Shown here piece after piece: positions 56,532 to 64,000 of a DNA stretch of 64,000 nt. Every line of letters begins with the position of its first letter. Position 1 is the stretch's first letter. The stretch is from a virus (Duplodnaviria > Caudoviricetes): the IMG/VR virus record IMGVR_UViG_3300038524_000024, positions 1-64,000 of that record; one strand, 5' to 3'. The notes beneath the pieces were generated by a model. It was given only the letters and a program-made list of their open reading frames with translations. It did no database searches and was not told the origin of the DNA. Position numbers and translations under genes: made by a program.

Positions 56532-58328
56532 TTATGCCGCCTCGTATGTGAATGTGAAAGAGACAGATCTGTCTACGTTGTTCTGCTCTGCGCCAGTCAG
56601 GAAGTCCCAATCAAGTTCTGTAATTACGAATTTAGACGCACTGGCAACTAAATATATTCCGCCCATTGACCAAGTGGAACCGTTATTATAGCCAGCCGAG
56701 CCGGCATGCACATCATCATTATTCTTGGGCGGAACTGGTAAGGTTATTAATATCGGCTCCGCTCCTGCCCCAGCAGTTCCACCTTCGACGTTCCCCCACT
56801 GCCCTGTGACAGTGACAAGTTTACCAACTTGACAATAGCGGTTGATAAAGCAGCGGGTGTACGTTGGCGCCGTGCCGCCTGATACTGATAGCGTTGGCGT
56901 GTAGTTGAACCACTGGGGAAAGCCAACGGGCGATGTCTGATGACTGTAGAATGGCTGCGTCCACGTCTCATTAGCAAGCACGTGGTCGGTGTTCACGGCA
57001 ACAGTCAGCACGGTGTCGGCGATGCTGACAACCGTGCCGTATCGCTGCGTTGAGCCGGTATTGGTTATCCATTTTAGCCGGTCACCTACCGAGTAGACCG
57101 CTGCCGCGCCGCTCGAAACGTTGATGGTAGAGGCTGTTTTCCAAGAGAACGTGCCGGTAACAGGTATCCATCCGTTCTGATAAGAAACGGGCATGAAATA
57201 GGTGGAGTCTAAGTTGTCAAGTTTGTCAGAATCAGCCGCTTTTCCGGTTGCTGCCAAATAATAGCTTGCTGATTGACCGTTCAGTTTATCACTATCCACT
57301 GCTTGTGCGGCAACACCAAGATAGGTTGAGTCATGATTATGCGTAGACGTTGCAAAATAGTCGGTATTAAACCCATCAAATAAAATGCTATCCACTGCTT
57401 TTGCGGCAACACCAAGATAGGTTGAGTCATGATTATGCGTAGACGTTGCAAATGCTAAACTATCGAGTCCATCCAACAAATCGCTATCAACAGCCTTACT
57501 TGTCGCAGGTAAATAATAAGATGGTAAATTGCCACCTAATTTTTCAGAATCGGGTGCGTAACTTGCCCATGACAATATTCCATCGCTAGCCCTAAAAACA
57601 AAATTTCCGGTAGCTAAAGGATTTGGAGTCGTTATACCAGAAACTCTACCATATGCGTCGATTGTTACACCGATATATGTGCCGGGCGTCAAACTCATTG
57701 TTGGCAGTATAAGATTATGACTACCATCAACGCCTAACATAGAACCTATATTAATGCCCTCACTAGCAATTTTACCATTATATAATGAAACTCCAGACTC
57801 ATCAATAGTTTTATCATTGCTTACCATCAATAAATTACCGGCAGTGCTGTCACTAACAACGACCTGATTTGAAGTAACACCGCCCATCATAATCCATACT
57901 CCATTTTGATATTCAAAAGTATAAATTTTATTTGCGATTAAATCACCAACAGTTAAATTAGTTGCCACGCCAAGAGGAGATAACTTTTGCAATGTTTTAT
58001 TTCCACCAGAGTTTATATTCAATACGGCAGAATTTGTGTTAGATATATCCACGGAAAGTTGAATCTGTATTCCATTTGCCAACGTGCCTATATCGGAGCT
58101 TGTAGCTACATAGTTATTTTCCGTTGAGAAAGAACCATATATTCTAAAAAGCGTTCTAGCTAACTCCAAATCATCAATGCGAGAATCTGTTGATATGGCA
58201 TATGCATCAATTTTGCTAAAAGCAGAAGAAACCGCATTTTTATTTATTGTATCTCTCCAAGTTTTTACGGTAGGGTCATCAAAGTCATCATATACGTCTA
58301 GTTCCAACCTTGTTGTAATTGCACTCAT
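56532..58328 (-). CDS. Tail fibre/receptor-binding protein
   Basis: VTIDAYGRV; repeated A.DSD.LDG..S and THNHDSTY; GC-rich C-terminal domain. Confidence 0.8.
   Translation of the reverse strand: MSAITTRLELDVYDDFDDPTVKTWRDTINKNAVSSAFSKIDAYAISTDSRIDDLELARTLFRIYGSFSTENNYVATSSDIGTLANGIQIQLSVDISNTNSAVLNINSGGNKTLQKLSPLGVATNLTVGDLIANKIYTFEYQNGVWIMMGGVTSNQVVVSDSTAGNLLMVSNDKTIDESGVSLYNGKIASEGINIGSMLGVDGSHNLILPTMSLTPGTYIGVTIDAYGRVSGITTPNPLATGNFVFRASDGILSWASYAPDSEKLGGNLPSYYLPATSKAVDSDLLDGLDSLAFATSTHNHDSTYLGVAAKAVDSILFDGFNTDYFATSTHNHDSTYLGVAAQAVDSDKLNGQSASYYLAATGKAADSDKLDNLDSTYFMPVSYQNGWIPVTGTFSWKTASTINVSSGAAAVYSVGDRLKWITNTGSTQRYGTVVSIADTVLTVAVNTDHVLANETWTQPFYSHQTSPVGFPQWFNYTPTLSVSGGTAPTYTRCFINRYCQVGKLVTVTGQWGNVEGGTAGAGAEPILITLPVPPKNNDDVHAGSAGYNNGSTWSMGGIYLVASASKFVITELDWDFLTGAEQNNVDRSVSFTFTYEAA
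57306..57452. repeat. 51-bp exact repeat, 96-bp period, within fibre gene
   Basis: 57306-57356 equals 57402-57452. Confidence 0.85.
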
Positions 58329-58870
58329 AAGTATTCCTCACTTTCTTTAAAGTCCAAATCGCTTAATAATTTTGTATTCCAATAAGAGATTGGAAATGGT
58401 ATTGGAACGGTACTATCATCATAATCCCAAGTTGATAAAACCCTCCAAAATCCAGCAGTAGCTTCCGCCCAAATACTAATAGTTCCGATTTTGCTAATAA
58501 AATTCGCCAATAGTTGTTCATAAAATTGAGCAAAGATACTTGGTGGTAATACTCCCATTGATAAGGACAATGCTTCTTGAGAGGTCAAAGTTGCTATTAT
58601 CTGAAAATTTTCCGCTAAAGGAAAAGGTAAATCAGAAAATTGCTCTAAAATGCCAGACATGGTTTCATCTATATAAAAAGCAAATCCCAATGGCACTGTA
58701 CTTCTAAGCATCTCGTCTATTGTACGAACTAAAGTGTCGTCTACATCATATGTAAAGGGTATAGATATTCTAGCAAAAGCGCTGTCAACCTTTGGAAATC
58801 CATCAATCAAAACATCAAAATTTTTTATAAGCGAAAGGATAACATCAAAATTTTTTTTAGATGTATCCAT
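58325..58870 (-). CDS. Hypothetical tail-module protein
   Basis: Operon position. Confidence 0.65.
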   Translation of the reverse strand: MDTSKKNFDVILSLIKNFDVLIDGFPKVDSAFARISIPFTYDVDDTLVRTIDEMLRSTVPLGFAFYIDETMSGILEQFSDLPFPLAENFQIIATLTSQEALSLSMGVLPPSIFAQFYEQLLANFISKIGTISIWAEATAGFWRVLSTWDYDDSTVPIPFPISYWNTKLLSDLDFKESEEYL

Positions 58871-58882
58871 ATTATAACTCCA

Positions 58883-59287
58883 TTAAACATTTGTCATTTT
58901 GAACTTTAAAGCACTTGCAAGAAATACAAGAGTTGCACCAGATTGAACAATTCTTGTTGTTTGAAGCGCATCAAAATACCAAATATTTCCTCCGGTTGCT
59001 AAGTCTGATAGGAAAACATGGCTTATTGTACCCCAACTTCCAGTTGCTACCGGAAATGTTATAGAAGATAAATTTGATAATTCCCCGTTGGCAGCACTTG
59101 AAAAATATGCCTTTGTATTTAGAACTGCCACCCTCGCATAACTATTACCAACTGGTTCCGTTGCGCCAGTTCCAGTTGATGAAATGGTAGTGGTTGATAA
59201 ACCAACATAATAATTTGATGGTAGCGTAATACCAGTTGCTCCAAATAAATTATCCAAAATCTTGTTAGAAGCATATACAGTAATCAT
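58883..59287 (-). CDS. Virion protein
   Basis: YVGLST...EP...YARV...ITFPVATGSWGTI. Confidence 0.75.
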   Translation of the reverse strand: MITVYASNKILDNLFGATGITLPSNYYVGLSTTTISSTGTGATEPVGNSYARVAVLNTKAYFSSAANGELSNLSSITFPVATGSWGTISHVFLSDLATGGNIWYFDALQTTRIVQSGATLVFLASALKFKMTNV

Positions 59288-59305
59288 ATAAAATCAATCC
59301 TTTCT

Positions 59306-59710
59306 TTATTCTGGCAAATATAAGTCATAAGACTCTGAAGTGCCATAAAACATTTGAAAAATGGTCATTGTTCCCTGAAAAGGAATGAAATATCCACTTT
59401 GATAACCCTCTAGGACAAGTTGATATATAAATTTGCCATATAAACTTTGTGTGTCTTCCGCATTCATAGTTACGGCGATAACATTATAAGGCTCTTCAGC
59501 AATTAATTGTCCTTCGATGTTTAATACTAATTTATCTAAATGCCCATAATGAGAGAGCTTAAAATTTGTAGACGTAGCACCAATCATTGATACTGGTGTA
59601 ATCATATCTAATTCATAAAAATGAAAATGATATTCTTGTTTTGACCCTCCCACAATCGCTAACGATGGTGCAGAACGCATTCCAACACTAACAAAATCGC
59701 AATTATCCAT
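59306..59710 (-). CDS. BppU-like protein, paralog of 59722-60093
   Basis: VGGS.QEY.FHFYE.D.ITPVS...LYGKF.YQ. Confidence 0.7.
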   Translation of the reverse strand: MDNCDFVSVGMRSAPSLAIVGGSKQEYHFHFYELDMITPVSMIGATSTNFKLSHYGHLDKLVLNIEGQLIAEEPYNVIAVTMNAEDTQSLYGKFIYQLVLEGYQSGYFIPFQGTMTIFQMFYGTSESYDLYLPE

Positions 59711-59721
59711 GGGTTACCTCA

Positions 59722-60093
59722 TTATGTTGAAGAGATTTGCTTATGAATATTAAGCAAACCCTGTATTGGTATAATAGTACCATAACTACCAAAGAGAGAT
59801 ATTTGGTAAACAAACTTACCATAGAGTCCTAAAGTATCTTCGTCTAATAGCAATATTCGAATAGAATTGTATGGTGATTCATTTACTTTTTGCCCATTGA
59901 CACTGAGTAAAACATTGTTTGGCTCTCCAAATTTTGTTATACTAAATATTATCGAAGTTGCCCAATCAATAGAAACCGGAGTAATCAAATCAGATTCATA
60001 GAAATGAAAAATGTATTCTTGTTGTGACCCACCTACAAAAGATATTTCTGGAATGTTATAAATATTATATTCACTAAATTCACAATCATCCAT
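59722..60093 (-). CDS. BppU-like protein, paralog of 59306-59710
   Basis: Same shared motifs. Confidence 0.7.
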   Translation of the reverse strand: MDDCEFSEYNIYNIPEISFVGGSQQEYIFHFYESDLITPVSIDWATSIIFSITKFGEPNNVLLSVNGQKVNESPYNSIRILLLDEDTLGLYGKFVYQISLFGSYGTIIPIQGLLNIHKQISST

Positions 60094-60292
60094 CGGCTAC
60101 CTCATTCAAGTTTTTTTGCTCGTCATCCTGTTCTTTGTTGTCTTCGGCAATTTGTTTCATAACGGAATCAAGTGTTAGTCCAGCATGGTATAAATAAGAT
60201 ACACTCTTACCTTTTACTTCTAATTCGGAAATATAATTACCAATGTTACTCAATTGTTGCAAACATGTTTCATTGATTTTATAAAATTTCAT
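60086..60292 (-). CDS. Hypothetical protein
   Basis: Operon position. Confidence 0.6.
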   Translation of the reverse strand: MKFYKINETCLQQLSNIGNYISELEVKGKSVSYLYHAGLTLDSVMKQIAEDNKEQDDEQKNLNEVADG

Positions 60293-60312
60293 TTTAATTC
60301 AATCCTTTTAAA

Positions 60313-63300
60313 TTAACTAAGCGCGGTAATAATACCATCTACAACCGACATATTTATTTGACCACCAGCATAACTTCTAAAACTTCTATTCGCAGTTACA
60401 CTACTATGATAATGATAATAACTAGCATATGTGCTTCCGTGACTATGACTGGTAGGGGCATATCTTGTATCGTTTTGTGCTATGCTCCATATTTGATTTG
60501 AGGCGTCAGTACCATCTTTCCAAAGACCTCCTGTTATCAGTGTTCCGGTTCCTGTATTTATTCTAAGATAGTTTGCAGTCAAGAATGTTGTTCCGACAGA
60601 GCCTAATGATAAAGTGGTAGCAGATGTAACATTTCCTTCTCCTGAAAACCACAATCCGATACCAAGTCCGCTACCTGCCTCCCCAATACTCCCCCCGGGG
60701 AATACAAATCTTCCACCGGAAACACGATACCCACTTAAACTTCCTGCGGTAAATCCACCTAAACTATACCCAGTACCAGTATTGATTCTATCAACGGGAA
60801 CAGGCGCATTAGTAATTTGGCTCCAATCAACCGCACCCAAAAGTCTTGTAGCACTTATTGTTCCGGTTGTACTAGTAATATCCCCGGTAAATGTTCCAGT
60901 CGCAGCAGATAATGACCCGCTGAATACACCACTTCCTTTAATGGTCAAAACACCATTCTCCCATTTTAGATAACTTGTATCGGTGGCACTACCAAGATAA
61001 AAATTGCCAGCATTGTCCATATATGTTTTCCACGATGCTATGCCAGTCGTTGGATTTTTATATACATATCCTAACTTTTCATAATCAATATGCAAACCTG
61101 TTTCGGTATTTCCAGCTTGAACATATCTTGGTTTGCTAGCAACACTGTCCCAAGCATATCCTGTAGACTGAGAAATATCGCCCGTGAATATTCCACTACC
61201 TTTAATTTTTAAAGTGCTAGTCGCAGAAGTCCACGATAAATAGTTAGCATTGTTTTCAGCACCAAGATAAAAGTTACCAGCATTATCCATATATGTTTTC
61301 CAACCAACTGGAGCTTCATAATATCCTAAGCGGTCAGACGATATGTGTAATCCTTTCGTTGGAGCATCTTCATCTATAACATACAATGGCTTTCCTGCTA
61401 AGGTATCCCAAGTTTCTGGCGGTGGTATTACGGGATATGGTGGCAAATCATAAATAGATGTGTGAGATATTCTTATGTTTCCATCCGAACCTATACTAAG
61501 TACTTCCGCCCCACCAGTCTTTTTGATTACAATACCAACTTCTGGATTTATATCAATTACATTTTTAGCATTAGATAATTCTAGGTTCATATTTTTTGCT
61601 TTTAAACCAGAGGCATCTACTAAAAATGTTGCCAATTCAGAATTAACATTGTTTTGAATTACTAGGCTATTACCAGCAATCATTCTTCCAACCAGCGCTT
61701 CGGCAACTACCCCATATAGATTTTGACCACCAAAATTTATTTCTCCCAGAGCCATTTTCACACTCTGCCAATTATTATTGGTAAAAGCTATTTGGTTGCT
61801 AGTGAGCCAAATTTGATTTGGTTCATATCCAGTTACTGTCTTTTGCCTTCCAATAAGCCCATTTGGTGTCAACGAAATTTCCTGGTCTTTGGTCGCCATT
61901 AGCGTTGTCAACGAAGCGTTTAACGCTTCGTCTATATACTGATTTACTGCTTGTTGACCACTTTCTACCCAATCGCTCCAGTCCCCAGCGCTATATTTTA
62001 CCTGCGAAATTGTTCTATCGGCATCTGAATTGATATCTCCTAATTCAATTTCCGAATTAGCTAATCTCAGCCTATTACTCAATAAGAATTTGAAGTCAGT
62101 TGGTACATCATAATTATAGTCAAATCCCAAAATTATGGGAACAAACAACGTATCGTTATTTCCATCTTCAAGTTGCACATATAAAGAGCTTCCAAGTGCT
62201 AACTGGTCAATAAAAGGTTGGAAATATTTTATAAATATAAAATTATGCAAATCAAGAGAAAATTCATATGATGGTTGTGATACCTTATTAGAAATAATCA
62301 CCCCTTGTGCATATAAATCTAAGGCCATTTGTTGTACTTGCTGTAACGTCATCATGTCTGTTTGCAAGAAGTTGCGATTATCATACGCACCAGCAAAAAT
62401 AAAATTATTTAATTGAGCCAATTGCGCTATTGTAAAATTCGCCTCTATTTTGCAAGTGTTATTGATTACAACAAGTTCATTTTGCTTAGTGCCTATTTGC
62501 AGTTGTTTAGCCTCTATCTCGGCTTGTTTATTGTCTACGGCAAGTTGCGCAGCAATAACCGCATTTTGTTCAACCGACGTGTTAGTTTTACCAGAATCTA
62601 TAGCTAACTTCAAAGTATTTTGTTTTATAAGCAACTGCGTTTGTAGATATTCAAGCCCTGTCGTTGTATTGGTACGCAAATCATATATTTCTCGCTGATA
62701 TGTCATTAGTTGTGTTAATTTAGTGGCATATGATGATTGATAACCTGCTATTTTTGTTTTCCAAGCATCAATAGCCGTAATTAGGTCGCTAGACATCCAC
62801 TCAAGATTTTTATAGTAATCAAAATTATAAATAATGTCATCCCCGGTTGGATTTACCTGATTGATGGTTAAATCATCTTTACCATATACACTTAATGCAG
62901 TTATAATATTATCGGAATTTTCATCAATACTAACATTTTCTAGCAAATTTTCATAAGATAAATAAATATCAGTTTTTGTTATGGCATTTGTCAATGCTTG
63001 TGCGTTGATTTTTTTGTTGAATGTATCAAATGTAAAAACACATTGATATGCTTGTTCCATTTCTTTCATTAAGAAAGTATAGACAGTCGTATCTTTTTCG
63101 TCAAAAGTTCTATATAGGTTATATAATGATGAATCAAGTGTTCCAAGAGACCATCCCGGCATATAAATAAGCAACTTATGCATCAAACTGTTTGCTTGAT
63201 TGGACGCATCATAAAATTTCCAAGTGCCTTTTATGTTTAATATTTTACGAAATGATAGTTCAAATTCTAATGATTTAGCTTCAACGTCTTTGTAAATCTT

Positions 63301-63576
63301 TGCTCCATCAGATTTTTCTATTACCTTAGTAATAATAAACATGCCAATATCTGGAATCTGTATTCTGCGCTTGCCAACAAGATATGAATAATATGGCATA
63401 GCAGTACCATTAATAGTTTTTGGAGCAGAAAATTTAATAGTAGAAACCGCATTATATCTTAAACTTACTTGTCTATCGTAAATGCCACCTATATTGAAAA
63501 GTTTAGTCCCGTCTGGATTGCATAATATATAATCTGGCACCTCATATTGTGAAAAAGAATCGAATTTTTGTATCAT
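60313..63576 (-). CDS. Baseplate hub/tail tip (Tal-like) protein
   Basis: Follows Dit; prophage-tail-like N-terminus, coiled coil, duplicated WKTYMDNAGNFYLG unit. Confidence 0.75.
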   Translation of the reverse strand: MIQKFDSFSQYEVPDYILCNPDGTKLFNIGGIYDRQVSLRYNAVSTIKFSAPKTINGTAMPYYSYLVGKRRIQIPDIGMFIITKVIEKSDGAKIYKDVEAKSLEFELSFRKILNIKGTWKFYDASNQANSLMHKLLIYMPGWSLGTLDSSLYNLYRTFDEKDTTVYTFLMKEMEQAYQCVFTFDTFNKKINAQALTNAITKTDIYLSYENLLENVSIDENSDNIITALSVYGKDDLTINQVNPTGDDIIYNFDYYKNLEWMSSDLITAIDAWKTKIAGYQSSYATKLTQLMTYQREIYDLRTNTTTGLEYLQTQLLIKQNTLKLAIDSGKTNTSVEQNAVIAAQLAVDNKQAEIEAKQLQIGTKQNELVVINNTCKIEANFTIAQLAQLNNFIFAGAYDNRNFLQTDMMTLQQVQQMALDLYAQGVIISNKVSQPSYEFSLDLHNFIFIKYFQPFIDQLALGSSLYVQLEDGNNDTLFVPIILGFDYNYDVPTDFKFLLSNRLRLANSEIELGDINSDADRTISQVKYSAGDWSDWVESGQQAVNQYIDEALNASLTTLMATKDQEISLTPNGLIGRQKTVTGYEPNQIWLTSNQIAFTNNNWQSVKMALGEINFGGQNLYGVVAEALVGRMIAGNSLVIQNNVNSELATFLVDASGLKAKNMNLELSNAKNVIDINPEVGIVIKKTGGAEVLSIGSDGNIRISHTSIYDLPPYPVIPPPETWDTLAGKPLYVIDEDAPTKGLHISSDRLGYYEAPVGWKTYMDNAGNFYLGAENNANYLSWTSATSTLKIKGSGIFTGDISQSTGYAWDSVASKPRYVQAGNTETGLHIDYEKLGYVYKNPTTGIASWKTYMDNAGNFYLGSATDTSYLKWENGVLTIKGSGVFSGSLSAATGTFTGDITSTTGTISATRLLGAVDWSQITNAPVPVDRINTGTGYSLGGFTAGSLSGYRVSGGRFVFPGGSIGEAGSGLGIGLWFSGEGNVTSATTLSLGSVGTTFLTANYLRINTGTGTLITGGLWKDGTDASNQIWSIAQNDTRYAPTSHSHGSTYASYYHYHSSVTANRSFRSYAGGQINMSVVDGIITALS

Positions 63577-63583
63577 CTTATTA

Positions 63584-64000
63584 CTATGCTCCTATTTTTC
63601 GTGAGAACTGATATACCATTATAAAGTCTTGAAATCTACCATAAAGATTTATGATGTTCTCACCCGGCAATAGTCTTAACCAATTGCTACTAAAATATTG
63701 CATTAACTTTCGGTTTTGGTTTGACGTAATTATTTTGTTAATATTGTCTATTGTAACAACCTCATCAACCAATAGTCCTCCAGTAAAGGAAAGCAAACGA
63801 CTTGGCTCTGCTAAATTTTTTATCACTAAGCCCGTTGAACTTTTTGATTTAAATCGTACTACCGGGTATACATACCCGTCTTCAGCACTATCATTATAAA
63901 TTGCCGGTAGGTTTACATTAACAGTGTTGGACAAATGACCAACATGCGTAGCATATTTTGGCAAGCTCCATCCAAATCCAGAATCACAATGAGCAGTGTA
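63584..64000 (-). CDS. Distal tail (Dit)-like protein, 5' part probably outside window
   Basis: YPVVRF...VTIDN..IITS...WLRLLPGENII. Confidence 0.75.
   Translation of the reverse strand, partial: YTAHCDSGFGWSLPKYATHVGHLSNTVNVNLPAIYNDSAEDGYVYPVVRFKSKSSTGLVIKNLAEPSRLLSFTGGLLVDEVVTIDNINKIITSNQNRKLMQYFSSNWLRLLPGENIINLYGRFQDFIMVYQFSRKIGA

Noticed and set aside
56532-61400. Diversity-generating retroelement acting on tail genes
   Set aside because: No reverse transcriptase; the repeats are in-frame duplications without adenine-specific variation
1-64000. Stop-codon reassignment
   Set aside because: Long genes translate intact in the standard code, TAA, TAG and TGA all end genes, and no suppressor tRNA was found

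Overview
This window is part of a large, AT-rich dsDNA tailed-phage genome that uses the standard genetic code; no CRISPR array or rRNA was seen. Protein family calls come from motif recognition, not database searches. Layout: (1) 1-1270 non-coding, with three tandem sigma54-type motifs and an exact 16-bp-period array; (2) 1280-5399 leftward small early-type genes, some duplicated; (3) 5740-27900 rightward accessory genes under many near-consensus TTGACA-N17-TATAAT promoters: M28-like peptidase, DUF932, tyrosine recombinase, a DUF2828 (TROVE/Ro60-like + vWA) protein, 7 tRNAs, several structured non-tRNA RNAs, a degenerate IMPDH, DNA methyltransferases, radical SAM and PAPS-reductase-like genes; (4) 27904-48726 replication and nucleotide metabolism: AAA ATPase, SSB, primase-helicase, Cas4-like nuclease, DnaE, class II RNR, ThyX (four inteins in total), a PLP enzyme + radical SAM pair, and dUTPase; (5) 48769-64000 leftward tail/baseplate module with GC-rich imported segments, two GIY-YIG endonucleases and a broken endolysin. 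Best candidate for an undescribed system: three copies of a covarying RNA motif (7-bp stem, NN, ACAGCAA, variable loop, stem, G) bracket the Ro60-like DUF2828 gene, and one copy displays a perfect tRNA-Ser(GCU) anticodon stem-loop. Other highlights: a 75-nt RNA resembling only the tRNA-like domain of tmRNA, a shared structured leader before two unrelated homing endonucleases, homologous overprinted ORFs inside both C5 methyltransferases, and a PLP/radical-SAM pair lacking its usual DNA-hypermodification partners.
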